This document shows positions 10,438-22,056 of a stretch of 64,000 nucleotides of DNA, one piece after another. The stretch is taken from NCBI GenBank assembly GCA_965240325.2, contig OZ251225.1, forward strand, positions 3,224,001-3,288,000, read 5' to 3'. The DNA comes from Rebecca billardiae RCC1528 (taxonomy: Eukaryota; Protista; Haptophyta). Every line of letters begins with the position of its first letter. Position 1 is the first letter of the stretch. The notes under the pieces are model-generated. The model saw only the letters and a program-made list of their open reading frames with translations. It was not told where the DNA came from and made no database searches. The position numbers and the translations under genes were made by a program.

Positions 10438-11445
10438 ATGCTCGTGGTTCACGCCGTCATCGCCGCGATCGCCGCGTCCGTGGTTCCCGGGCGCGCGGGT
10501 GTGCTTCCTGCAGCTGCCATGCGAGTAGCGTCAGTTCCTCGTCGTCACGCGGCCAAGTCGCCGCCGGCTAGCTTGCAGATGACATCGGCAGTCGCGCCGC
10601 CGAGCACGTTTGCGGCCCCGGGCGCGGACGCGAGCACGCTGAAGCTGCAGATCCTTCAGCTTGGCGCCGCTCTCGACCGTGGCCAGGCGTACAACCCGAC
10701 ATCCGGGGAGTACTACGCCGGTACGATGGAGGCGGCGAGGGAGCGCGTGGAGGCGCTTGTGAAGCTCGGCGGCCCGCCGCCGACGTCGCTGCAGCAGATG
10801 GAGGGCGAATGGGAGCTCGTCTTCACCACGGTCAAGCACGGCATTTTTCGCTCGTCGCCCTTCTTCCTCGCCATTCAGGAGGCGTACGTGAAGCACTCGC
10901 CTGAAGGCGAGCCGACCGGCGTCGACAAACTCGGCTTCTTCCTCGGCGCGAAGGACAACTCTGGCCCGGCCAAGGCGAACCTCTTCTTCAAGCTGCACGA
11001 GCTGCAGACCTGCTCGTGGGGCGCGAGCAAGGTGGGGCGCGTGGCGCAGCGCATCGACGCTGAGGGCGGGCTGCTGTACTCGGAGTTCGACACGTCGCTC
11101 TTCTCGCTGACCGTCATCCCGGTCCTCGGCTGGTTCAAGCTGCTTCCCACCTTTGGCGGCTGCGTGGTCACGGTGAGCTCGGCGGAGGTGAAGGAGCCTG
11201 GCCGTATCTCGATGACGGTCGAGTACACGACGGCCAAGAAGGTGGAGGGGCTCACTGGGCTGGGCCAATGGATCTGGGGCACCAAGGTGCCTGTGCGTGC
11301 GATTTGGAAGCTGCTGCCATGGAACAAGGGCCGAGAGCCCACGTGCGAGGTCGAGGTTGCCTACCTTGATGATGACTTCCGTGTCGTGCGGGATGTCGAT
11401 GGCGAGCTTTTCGTGTACACCCGGCCCGTGGTTGCCCGCCCGTAG
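10438..11445 (+). CDS. Plastid lipid-associated protein / fibrillin (PAP_fibrillin) with bipartite targeting leader
   Basis: LKLQILQLGAALDRGQ, MEGEWELVFTT, YLDDDFRVVRDVDGELFVYTR; signal plus transit-like N-terminus. Confidence 0.85.
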   Translation: MLVVHAVIAAIAASVVPGRAGVLPAAAMRVASVPRRHAAKSPPASLQMTSAVAPPSTFAAPGADASTLKLQILQLGAALDRGQAYNPTSGEYYAGTMEAARERVEALVKLGGPPPTSLQQMEGEWELVFTTVKHGIFRSSPFFLAIQEAYVKHSPEGEPTGVDKLGFFLGAKDNSGPAKANLFFKLHELQTCSWGASKVGRVAQRIDAEGGLLYSEFDTSLFSLTVIPVLGWFKLLPTFGGCVVTVSSAEVKEPGRISMTVEYTTAKKVEGLTGLGQWIWGTKVPVRAIWKLLPWNKGREPTCEVEVAYLDDDFRVVRDVDGELFVYTRPVVARP

Positions 11446-11911
11446 CTCCGAGACCGATGCCGTGCGTGGAATACGACCCAGAACTTTGACGACGCCTACT
11501 CGCTACTCCTCACCGGGGAGGCTCGGACCCCCGGACCGGCCCCGGGCCGGCGGACCGGCCGCCGCAGTCGTCGCATCGCCAGAGTTCACTCAAGTCTGAG
11601 CACAGTATTGAGTGAGCTACGGACTACGGCGCGCCAGGTACTCACGGTGCGCGCGCGTCAGACTTCTGAAAGTCTCAGCCTGGGCTGACTGTCAGAAGTG
11701 AATTAGACTGCACACGTGCGCGACAGCTTCCGCGCGCTCAGCTGTCAGCATCAGAGTCCTGACAGATCGAAAATACACGCGCGACTCGAGGAAAAAGAAT
11801 AAAAAGCAGCAGGCGGCAAAATGAATAATTCTTTCGCCCGGGATGAAAAATGGACCGCGAGCGACGCCATCCTCCCTCTCGCTACTGCGCCACCTGAGCC
11901 TGGCGCCCGCG

Positions 11912-13726
11912 ATGCGGGGTTGGGGCTTGGCGCTGGCGCTGGCGGCGGTACTCGCCGCCGCGCTTGCTGAGGAGACCGAGCTGAAGCTCGGCGAGCTCAC
12001 CTCGGGCTACGTGGAGGAGGATGACTTTCTCTACTACTCTGCGCGGATCCCGCCGTCGGCGGGCGCCGTCAAGGTGATCATCACACCCATCTTCGGCGAC
12101 CCCGACCTGTACCTCTCCTTCTTCGTGCCCGAGCCGGATGACACGACGGCGACGTGGGTGATGGACGAGATGGGCACCGAAGAGCGCCTGATACGCCGGC
12201 AGGCCGCTGATTTCTGCACCTCTGAGCCGTGCATCCTGCACCTGTCCGTGTACGGGTACGAGGCAGCCGAGTTCCGGCTGGCCGTGTACAACACGTCAGA
12301 CATCGGGGCGTCGACGGAGCCGCCCAAGTGCGCGCCGAGCTGTAACGAGTTCGACCTCTCGGACGGCATCTGCGACACCGAGTGCAACACGACCGCATGC
12401 TTCTACGACGGCGGCGACTGCCTCGTGACGCACTCGCGGGGGACCTGCGACTGGCGAACGCGCGCCGGCTGCCCGAGCTCGTGGATCGGCGACGGCGTGT
12501 GCGACGAGGAGTGCTTCGTCGAGGAGTGCGAGTGGGACGGGAACGACTGCGCCATGACGCAGTCTGAGGAGATCTGCCACCCGGGCTGCATGTCCAGCTG
12601 GATCAACGACGGCGAGTGCGATGAGGAGTGCAACAACGAGGAATGCAACTTTGACGGTGCGCGGCTGGCGCCGCGCGGCGAGGGCGGCGATGCGCGCGCG
12701 CGCGCGCGCGCGCGCCGTGGGTGACGTGTACGATGGCGGTGTGCTCACCCGCGTCCGCTCTCGGCCACGCGCGCTGCCGCCCGCCGTGCCCGTGGGTGCT
12801 GCGCGCCGGCCGCGCAGGCGCGGACTGCGCGCACGGCGCCACCGAGTGCTACCACAAGTCTGATGGCTCCGACTACCGCGGCCGCGTCTCCAAAACGGCG
12901 TCCGGCCTCGAGTGCATGAAGTGGACGTCGCAGTTCCCGCATCAGCACACGGTCACGCATCAGAACTACCCGAGCGCCGGCCTGGGCGGGCACAACTTCT
13001 GCCGCAACCCGGAGGGGCGGGAGGAGCGGCCGTACTGCTTCACTGCCAACCCGACCGTGCGCTGGGAGTTTTGCGACGTGCCGCAGCCGTTCGGCTCGTG
13101 CCTGCAGAACGAAGTGCCGCACGCGGTGCAGGTGCAGGCGGGGATGCCGTGCTACATTGACGGGCCGGTGCCCAGCGGCCCGCTCGTCAAGTTCAAAGAG
13201 GAATGCGGCGAGACGGGCGACAACTCGACGTACGGCGACATCTGCTCGCGCGCGTGCTGCAACGCGGCCGAGCAGGCGGCCCTCCGCTGCCCGTCCGACA
13301 CGTTGTATCGCGAGCAGTACGCGCAATACGTGATGGACGTGCAATGGACGATGCTGCAGCACGACTGCACAAACTGCCGCGTGTACAAGCAGTTCTTCGA
13401 CAACGCCCACGTGATCGGCTCGATCGGCGGCCCGGCGGTCGTCTCCTTTTTCAACACGATCGGCTTCAAGCTGCTGCTGCTCGGCGTCGGGCTGGTCGTG
13501 CTCCTGCTCGTCCTCATCGTGTGCGTGCTCGTGCGCTTCCTGTATGCGCGTAAGAACTACAACTTGCAAACAGCGGACGTAGAGGTGCGTCAACGCTTGC
13601 GTCATCCCCGCGCGCCGCGTGCGTGGCACTGCGCCCCCATCCCCTCGCCGGCTCACACGCGGCGCGCGCAACGGATACTGCGCGCAGGGCCCGGACGACG
13701 ACGACGAAGAGGAAGAGTTTGAATGA
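11912..13726 (+). CDS. Type I membrane protein: PPC-like domain, three LNR (Notch) repeats, kringle domain, TM helix, short acidic tail; introns 12657-12817 and 13585-13687
   Basis: Signal peptide MRGWGLALALAAV; GDPDLYLS; LNR pattern C..SWIGDGVCDEEC...C.WDG.DC x3; kringle DYRGRVSKTASGLECMKW..HNFCRNPEG..PYCFT..RWEFCDVP; TM LLLLGVGLVVLLLVLIVCVLV. GT-AG splicing restores the frame. Confidence 0.85.
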
Positions 13727-13859
13727 TCGCGCTGATGTGGCAGCCATATCGTATACTGTCAGCGGGTGCTGCTGCTGTTCTGCGTGCAGACCTGGAGCAC
13801 GCCCGACCGGCGGCCCGCATTTCAGTTCGCGGAGTTACAGCATGTATCATCAGCATACT

Positions 13860-14002
13860 TAGAGAGAGCCTGAGAGGGAGGGAGAGAGAGAGACTCAGTC
13901 AGTGACTCAGAGAGACAGAGATGAGAGAGAGAGAGAGTCAGAGAGAGAGTCAGAGATCAGAGAGTCTGAGAGAGAGAGAGAGAGAGACTCAGAGAGAGAG
14001 AG
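13860..14002. repeat. Interrupted (GA)n microsatellite
   Basis: Directly visible. Confidence 0.9.
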
Positions 14003-14320
14003 AACTTTCGGAAGTCGTGACACTGCTGATAATGCCGCGGCCGGCGAATCATCAGCATCAGCAGTATATACTTAGTCGTGAATGAGTATAGTATAGACGA
14101 CGAGACGAAGTATGATCATCATCGCGATATCAGCTGCTTATTATTATTATTATTATTATATTATTATAATATATATATATATAGCAGCGTAGGCTTATTA
14201 GTTATTTCAGCCGGCGCCTGCTGTAGAGTCTGCATAGTGCATAGCCTGCGGTAAGGCGCTCAGGCTATGGGCGCTGCTTAGCTACAGCTATATAGTTACG
14301 TCCGCGCTCGTCATTCAGAT

Positions 14321-16102
14321 TCAGAACAGGGGGCCCTCCCGAGCGAGCAGCACGCGCGACCACGCCCAGTCCGCGACGATGATCGCGACGCCCGCGCTCA
14401 CGACCGACGCCGTGATGACATGCGGCACGGCGCGCGGCGGCAGGTCCGCGTCGCGCCGCGCGATCAGCTCGGCGCACGCGAGCGTGAGCGCGATAAACGA
14501 GGCGGACTTGAGCGCGTGGTGCGCCAGCGGCCACGAGAGGAGCTCGACCGCGTCGGCGGACAGCGCGGCGCGCGAGCACGCCGCGCCGTCCGACGCGCCC
14601 CACGCGCCGAGCGCCCACGCGCACTTCAGCCGCAGCTCGGGCACCAGCGCGTCGCGCACGCGCCGCCAGAACCACGAGTCCAGAGCGAGCGCGCGCGCCG
14701 CACTGCCGAGCAGCGCAGCGGAGCCGGCGGCCGCGCCGGCGGCCCCGGCCGCGCCTTCGGGCGCGACGGCGCCCGCCTCACCCGGCGGCGCGAGCGCGTA
14801 CCACTCGCCGACGAGCGCGGCGAGCGCGAGCGCGAGCGCGGTGCCCAGCGCCGAGAGCAGCGGCGCGGCGAGCAGCGCGGCGAGAGACGCCGGCAGCAGC
14901 GTCCAGCGGCGCGCGCTCGCGCCGAGCACGGAGAGAAGCTTGGACTGCGCGCTCGCCTCCATCGTGCCCACCTCGCCTGCGTACGAGCCGCCGATGCGGC
15001 CGGCGAGGAGCAGGCCAGTGAGCAGCGGGCCGAGCTCGAGCGTGAACAGCTTCGCCACGCCGTGCGCGTACAGCGCCGCGCGCGCGCCCGGCAGCGCGCC
15101 GTCGACGAGCGCGCGCGCCTTGCCCTTGACCATCATCATCGTCATCCCGAGCTGGAGCGGCGGCGCGTCTGCGCCGAGCAGCGCCTTGACGAGCGGCGTG
15201 ACCTCGGCCTCGAGGACGCGCTCCACCGCGGCGCGCACGTCGACGCGTAGCAGCAGGTCCGCGAGCAGCGACGCCACCGCGATCCCCGCCGCGCTGAACG
15301 TGAGCAGGATGAGCGGCAGTGAGTAAAGTGAGTAGTCTACCGCCTTGGCGCACAGCCGGTGCGCGAAGCGGTGCGCGCGCAGCCCGCCGTGCTCGCCGGG
15401 CGCGGCGGCGGCGGCGTCGTCGGCGTGGGCGGGCGTGAGGTCGACCACGTCATCCTTCGCGCCGTCGTGCACCAGCGCGACCACGTCCGGCTGGTGCGAG
15501 ACGAGCAGCAGCGCGGTGCCGTGCTCGGCGCGCATGTGCGCGAGCTCGCGAGCGACCGCCGCCGCCGCGGCGCGGTCGAGGCCGGTGAAGGGCTCGTCGA
15601 GGATGATGGCGCGCTTGGCCTGCGCGAGCTGCAGCGCGAGCGACGCGCGCCGCGCCATCCCGCCCGACAGCTCGCCGGGCATCTTGCACCCGTCGCGCGC
15701 GTAGTCGAGCCCGACGGCCTCGACCAGTCTCTTCACCTCCGGCTCGAGCGCGCGCGCGCACGAGCGGCCCGAGAGCTCGAGCGCGGCGGCGACGTTGCCG
15801 CGCACGCTGAGCGAGTCGAGTAGCGTCGTCGACTGGAAGAGGGCGCCCACGCGCTCGCGCGGCGGCACGTCCTCGCGCCAGCGCACGCGCACGGAGATGC
15901 CGAGCCCGCGCAGGCGGTGCCGCGGCGTCAGCCCGGCGAGGCAGCCGGTGAGCGTCGACTTGCCAGCGCCCGTCGGCCCGCGGAGGTGGACGCACGCGCC
16001 CTCACGCAGCTCGAGCCGCACCCCCGCCTCGGCGAACGGGCATTTGCGCGGGTCGACGCGGCGCGCGACGAGCGTGACCAGCGGCTCACCGCCGTCGTGC
16101 AT
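14321..16102 (-). CDS. Fused MlaF/TGD3-like ABC ATPase + MlaE/TGD1-like permease
   Basis: Walker A GPTGAGKS, signature LSGGMARR, Walker B IILDEP, H-loop VSH; MlaE motif ELGPLLTGLLLAGRIGGSYAGEVGTM and VPHVITASVV in the same ORF. Confidence 0.85.
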   Translation of the reverse strand: MHDGGEPLVTLVARRVDPRKCPFAEAGVRLELREGACVHLRGPTGAGKSTLTGCLAGLTPRHRLRGLGISVRVRWREDVPPRERVGALFQSTTLLDSLSVRGNVAAALELSGRSCARALEPEVKRLVEAVGLDYARDGCKMPGELSGGMARRASLALQLAQAKRAIILDEPFTGLDRAAAAAVARELAHMRAEHGTALLLVSHQPDVVALVHDGAKDDVVDLTPAHADDAAAAAPGEHGGLRAHRFAHRLCAKAVDYSLYSLPLILLTFSAAGIAVASLLADLLLRVDVRAAVERVLEAEVTPLVKALLGADAPPLQLGMTMMMVKGKARALVDGALPGARAALYAHGVAKLFTLELGPLLTGLLLAGRIGGSYAGEVGTMEASAQSKLLSVLGASARRWTLLPASLAALLAAPLLSALGTALALALAALVGEWYALAPPGEAGAVAPEGAAGAAGAAAGSAALLGSAARALALDSWFWRRVRDALVPELRLKCAWALGAWGASDGAACSRAALSADAVELLSWPLAHHALKSASFIALTLACAELIARRDADLPPRAVPHVITASVVSAGVAIIVADWAWSRVLLAREGPLF

Positions 16103-16305
16103 CTCGCCGACCGACGCGTGCGCGCGTGCAGCCCTGGACTGCGGACCAGAGTCTCAAGTCCGGTACCATCGCCACGGGATTTCCGGTCCTGGCCTCCACG
16201 AAGACGCGGCGCCGACCGGGCGCAGCTTGACCGAGCACGCTGGCGTGGCGCGCGCGCGCGTGTTGGATCCTCGTCGCAGCCTCCGCGTGTGCGCTCGTCG
16301 ACGCG

Positions 16306-19300
16306 ATGACCGTGACGCACGGCACCAAGCGGCTCCGCGCGTCCCACACGGCCGGCACCACGAGCGTGCTCAGCAGGTGCGCGCGCGGAGCCAGAGCGCG
16401 CGCGCGCGTGTGCCGCTGCGCGCCTGAGCGTGCCGAGCGCGCGTATCCTCCTGCCGCGCGTGCCTGCGCAGCGACGGCATCGCCAAGCCGCTGAACGACA
16501 AGCGGCAGTATCGCCTCGTCGAGCTGCCCAACGCGATGCGCGTGCTGCTCATCTCCGACCCGGAGATGGCGGCGTCCGCTGCAAACGTCGAGGCCAAGGC
16601 GGAAGGCGACGCGCAGATGGCCGAGGCGGAGGGCGAGGCGGAGGGCGAGGCGGAGGGCGAGGCGGAGGGCGAGGAGGAGGGCGAGGAGGACGAGAGCGAG
16701 GAGGGCGAGGAGGAGGACGCTGAGGCCGAGGGCGAGGACGACGAGGGCGAGGAGGCCGAGGGCGAGGGCATGAAGAAGGCCGCGTGCGCGCTCAGCCTCG
16801 GCGTCGGCTACCTGTGCGACCCGCCGCGCGTTGACGGGCTCGCGCACTTCACGGAGCACATGCTCTTCATGGGCAATTCCAAGTACCCGGGCGAGAACGA
16901 GTGGTCCGAGTTCCTCGCGCGCCACGGCGGCGAGGACAACGGCGAGACCGACGCGGAGAGCACCACGTTCTACTTTGACGTCGCGCCCACGCAGCTGCGC
17001 GAGGCGCTCGACCGCTTCTGCGCCTTCTTCGCCGCGCCGCTGTTCGCGTGGGAGTCCGCGTCGCGCGAGGTGAAGGCGATCGAGTCGGAGTTCCAGCAGG
17101 CGAAGCAGTCGGACAGCGCGCGGCGCGCGCAGCTCCTCTGCGCGCTCGCCGAGCGCGCCCACCCGTACCACCGGTTCGGCTGGGGCAACCGGCGCTCGCT
17201 CGTCGAGCTGCCCGAGCAGGCGGCCGTCGACGTGCGCGCCGAGCTGGCCGAGTTCCACGCGAAGCACTACTCGGCGAACCTGATGTCGCTGGTGGTGCTC
17301 GGCAAGGAGCCGCTCGACACGCTGCAGGCGTGGGCGACCGAGAGCGCCTCGCCCATCCGCACGCTCGGCGTGCCGCGGCCGTCGTTTGGGAGCGCAGGCC
17401 TGCCGCTCGACGGCGCGCGGCTTCCGCTGCTCGCGCACGTGGCGCCGCTCAAGCAGCGGCGCACGCTCGAGATGGTGTGGTTCCTGCCCTCGATGCTCGA
17501 GCACCACCGCACCAAGCCGGCCGACTACGCCTCGCACCTCCTCGGCCACGAGGGCGAGGGCTCCGTCCTCGCCGCGCTCAAGGCCGCCGGGCTCGCGTCC
17601 GCGCTGGTGGCGGGCGTGGACGAGGAGCACACCAGTGCCGCGATGCAGTTCACGCTCACCGTCACGCTGACCGAGGCGGGGCTGGCCGACGTGGACGCGG
17701 TGGTGTGCACCGTGCTCGCGTACACGGGCATGCTCGCGCGCACGCCCCCGGCCGAGTGGGTCTTCGCCGAGCTGCGCGACGTCGCGAGCCTGCGCTTCCG
17801 CTGGGCTGAGGACGAGCCCGAGGTTGAGTACGCGCGCAGGCTTGCGCTGGCGCTGCAGCAGCCGTACGCGCCGGAGGAGTGCCTCTCGGGCGACGCGCTG
17901 TACTCGCACTTCGACGCGGAGCTGATCGCGCGCGTGTGCACCGCGCTGCGCCCGGACACGGCCGTCGTGCTCGTCTCCGCCCCGGGCCTCGTCGACGCCG
18001 ACGGCGCGGGCAGCGCACACGGGGAGGCGGCCGAGGAGGAGGTGGAGGCTTGGTTTGGCACTGCCTTCCGCCGGCAGCCGCTGCAGCCCGCGCGGCTGGA
18101 CGCGTGGCGCGCGGCGTACGCGCACGAGGAGGGCGAGGGCGAGGCGGGCGCGGCGCAGCGCGCGCGGCGCGACCGGCTGCACCTGCCCGCGCGGAACGAG
18201 TACATCCCAACCGACCTCAGCCTGAGGCACGCGCCGCCGCCGCCCGCGACGACCGCGGGCGCCGCCGATGCGCACGGCACCGCCGCCGCGGCCGCCGCGG
18301 CCAAGTCCGCGGAGTGCGCCGCGACGGCGGCGTCCGCGCCGCCGTCGCGCCCGCGGCCGCGCGTGCTGATCCGCGAGCCCGAGCCCGACGGTCGCGGCGT
18401 GCTCTTCCACACGCTCGACCAGCGCTTCTTCACGCCCAAGGCGGTGTGGTGCTGCGAGGCAGCGTGGGCTGATCAGGCGCTTGCGGCCGGCAGCGCGCGC
18501 TTGGCGCTGCTCTCGGCGCTCGCAGCGTCGGTGGCGAACGAGCTGCTGAACGAGGAGGCGTACGCCGCGTCGGTGGCGGGGCTGACGCACGGCCTCTCCG
18601 TCTCCGCGCACGGCCTCGTCATGGACGTCTCCGGCTTCAGCCAGCGGCTGCCCCGCCTCGCCGAGCGCGTCTTCTCCACCTATGCCTCGATCGCGGACGG
18701 CGCGTGCGACGGCGCGCTGCTGGAGCGCGTGCGGCAGACGACCGACCTGCGCCTGGCCAACTCGGGGTTCGCGGTGCGCGCTCGGCCGTGCGCGGCCCGC
18801 GCCGCGCCGGCCCGCGCGCTCACGCCCCGCGCCCCGCCGTCCCCGCCCATCGGCCCGCGCGCGCGCTCGCGCGCCGCCCCGCAGCCCGGCGACCTGTCGG
18901 GGGACGAGCGGCTGCGCGTGCTGCAGCGGGTGTTCCACACGGCGGAGGCGCAGCGCGCGGAGCTGCCGAGCGTGACGCCCGCAGAGCTGACGGCGCACGT
19001 CAAGGCGCAGCTCGGCGCGGGCGTCAGCCTGCGCGCGTACGCCGGGGGCAACATGGACGCAGACGAGGCGCGCTCGCTGTTTGGCGCCGTGCACGCGGCC
19101 CTCTCGCGCGCGCCCGGCGGCGGCGCGCACACGTACGGCGTGCCGAACGGGTGCATCCGGCTGCCGCCCGGCGCGTGCGCGCGCGAGGTGGACGGGCGCA
19201 ACGCGCACGACGCCAACGCCGCGCTCGAGCTGTACTGGCAGCTCGGGCCCAACGAGCCCGCGCTGGGCGCGCGCGTGTCTATGCTGGAACACCTGCTGTA

Positions 19301-20007
19301 TGAGCCGCTGTTCGACAGCCTGCGCACCAAGCAGCAGCTGGGGTACTCGGTGTCGTGCTCGGCGCGGCAGACGTGGGGCGTGCTCGGCTTCGTCGTGCAC
19401 GTCGTCACCGCCACGCACTCCGCCGCGCACGTCGAGCACGCCGCGCTCGAGCTCGTGCGCACCTTTTGCGACGGGCTCGAGACGATGGCGGCGGAGACGT
19501 GGGCGCGCAACGTCGAGGCGGCCGTGGCCAACAAGCTGCAGGACGACCACTCGGTCAACGAGGAGGTGCGCCGCGCGCGCGTGGCCGCTCGCACCTCGCC
19601 CCGCCCGCGCCGCGCCGCGCACGCCACGCACGCCTCACGCCGCGCCGCGCCTCGCCGCTCGCGCGCAGGCGACGCGCTTCTGGGCCGAGATCGAGAACAG
19701 GCAGTACGTGTTCGACCGCGCCGAGCAGGAGGCGGCGCAGATGCGCGCGCTGTCGCAGCGCGACATGTGCGCTTGGCTACGGACGGCTCTCGCGCCGGGC
19801 GGCGCGGACGTGCGCCGCCTCGCCGTGCGCGTGCGCGAGCGCGTGCCCGGCGAGCGCACCGCCGCCGCGGCAGCTGCCGGCGGCGCCGAGACGGCGCCTG
19901 CGCCCACGCCGGCCATCGACGTGGCGGATGCGGAGGACTTCAAGCAACGCGACGGCACGCAGTGGTGGCCCAATCCGTCGCAGCCGCTCCCGCCCGTGAC
20001 CGCGTGA
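16306..20007 (+). CDS. M16A insulinase-family metallopeptidase, nardilysin-like (acidic insert); introns 16377-16471, 18774-18884, 19566-19668
   Basis: KPLNDKRQYRLVELPNAMRVLLISDP, Glu-rich stretch, GLAHFTEHMLFMG (HxxEH), SHLLGHEGEGS, FDSLRTKQQLGYSV. Confidence 0.92.
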
Positions 20008-20418
20008 GAGGCGCGCGACTGCGCGAGGCGCACGCGCCGGGCGTGTCCTCATTTGGCCCAGTCCGGTCTGCTTTCGTGTTCCGGTCCTGGACAGTTCACG
20101 CGGTACCTGGTAGCGGAATCTTCCGGCGCCCAGTCACAGCCGCCGCTGGCAGAGCCTGACGAACAGTGCAATTGGTTAGTTTTTGGCATATTATGGGCAT
20201 CAATAGAATTCGTCAGTGCTCTCTGTGAGTGGAAGCGACCAGCTTTGATGTTCATCACATCGCTTCGTCGCAGCCGGAACACCGAGCGTCCAAAGCGCAT
20301 CCAACTCTTGCGAGCCGCACCTCGATAGGCGTCGTGGGCCCCGCGCGTCCGTCCAACCGCGTGGAGGGCCCCGGAGTTCCGCCTGCCACCAGCTTTGAGT
20401 CGCACGCGCAGCCTCGCC

Positions 20419-22056
20419 ATGGGTGCAGGACCGAAGTTCAAGCGGCTCAAGGATGAGGCACTCGGTGTCCGCGCACCGGTGGTGACCAAGCGCCACGTCC
20501 GCGCGCGCTCCGCACGCTCGTCGGTCGGCAGCCGCTCCGAGCTGCATGACAAGATGCACGACGGCTTGGCGATCACCGAGGCCCTGCGCGATGCGTCCCC
20601 GCTCTTCCGGTGGCTCGAGCGCCTGCTCAACGTCTTCGTCCCCTACGCGGGCCGGCCGCTGCTCGAGGTGCACGTGCCGACGGCAGTCGCGGCGGTGCGC
20701 CCGCACATCGCGGTGGTCGAGGGTGCGGCCTTCGTCGACGCGTGGGAGGGCGAGGTGGAGAAGGCGTTCTCGGCCCTTGCCGACGCCGCGAACGCCGACA
20801 GCTACAACCTCGCCGGCCGCGTCTTCGTGCAGAAGCTCTTCGACCGCTCGGCGACCACGCGGCTGCGCGTGTACGAGCACATCGCGCGCAACCCGTCCAT
20901 CAAGGAGATCGAGCTCGCGCCGCCCGTGTTCGTGATCGGGCTGCCGCGCACGGGGTCGTCGCACCTGCAGGCGCTGCTTGCGTCCGACGCGGACGCGGCC
21001 ACGCTCAAGCTGTGGGAGATGATGCAGCCGCTGCCGCTGTGCGAGCACTCGTCGCTGCGCGCGACCGCGCGCCAGCAGTACCTGAGCTTTGAAAAGACGC
21101 TGGTGGACATCCTCGCGCCCGGGTGGAACGAGGCGACCAGCCGGTTCCACGACGTGAGCATGTCCGCCCCCGAGGAGGAGGCCGTCCTGCTCGCCGGCTG
21201 CGGCGTCAGCCTGATGCCCTTCGTGTGCATCGGCGGCGCGGCCTCCCCGTACGAGGCGCTGCACAACGACTCGACCAACAAGCGCGCGGCGCTGCGCTAC
21301 CTGCGCCGCTTCCTGCAGATGCTCGACTCGACGCGCGCGCCGAAGGGCGGCGGGCCCGGCCGGCCGACGCGCTGGGTGCTCAAGTCGCACTACAACGCCC
21401 TCTGGATCGACGCGCTCCTCGCCGAGTTCCCGGGCGCCAAGGTGATCGTGACGGTGCGTGAGCCACATGACGTGATCCAGTCGTTCGTCTCCTACTCGCT
21501 CAGCACGCTCAGCTTCGTCGCGGGCAAGGAGCGCGGCGTGGACGTGCGCGCGCGCGCGGCGCCGCGTCGGACCGCGCCGTGCCGCCTCGCGACCAGCCGC
21601 TCATGCCCGTCCCCCTCGCCCCGCCCGCCCGCGTGTACCCGCCGGCAGCTCGCGCGCAAGAACGCGGCCGCGTCGTACGCCTACCTGCACGCCAACGCGA
21701 GCGCGCTCGTGCAGCTGCACCGCCGGCTCGCGAGCGCGTCGAGCGGGAACTACCACATCGTGCGGTACGACGAGCTCGTCGCCAACCCCGAGGAGGTGAT
21801 GAAGCAGATCTACTCGCAGCTCGAGATGCCCCTCACGCCGCGCGCCGTGGAAGGCGCGCGCGCGTACCTGGCGGGCAGCCGGCAGCACCGGCTAGGCAAG
21901 CCGGCCAAGGTCGCCATCTCGGAGCTCGGGCTGAGCGCGGAGCGGATCCAGGCGGACTTCCGCGAGTACTGCGAAGAGCTGCTCCATCGCCCTCCCACGG
22001 TGCCGGCCGCGGAGGCTGACGTGCACGCCGCCGTCGCGGACGAGCAGCGCGTTTGA
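20419..22056 (+). CDS. Sulfotransferase (Sulfotransfer_3 / Stf-like); probable in-frame intron 21544-21648
   Basis: PVFVIGLPRTGSSHL, WVLKSH, TVREP...S, VRYDELVANP. Confidence 0.85.
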   Translation: MGAGPKFKRLKDEALGVRAPVVTKRHVRARSARSSVGSRSELHDKMHDGLAITEALRDASPLFRWLERLLNVFVPYAGRPLLEVHVPTAVAAVRPHIAVVEGAAFVDAWEGEVEKAFSALADAANADSYNLAGRVFVQKLFDRSATTRLRVYEHIARNPSIKEIELAPPVFVIGLPRTGSSHLQALLASDADAATLKLWEMMQPLPLCEHSSLRATARQQYLSFEKTLVDILAPGWNEATSRFHDVSMSAPEEEAVLLAGCGVSLMPFVCIGGAASPYEALHNDSTNKRAALRYLRRFLQMLDSTRAPKGGGPGRPTRWVLKSHYNALWIDALLAEFPGAKVIVTVREPHDVIQSFVSYSLSTLSFVAGKERGVDVRARAAPRRTAPCRLATSRSCPSPSPRPPACTRRQLARKNAAASYAYLHANASALVQLHRRLASASSGNYHIVRYDELVANPEEVMKQIYSQLEMPLTPRAVEGARAYLAGSRQHRLGKPAKVAISELGLSAERIQADFREYCEELLHRPPTVPAAEADVHAAVADEQRV

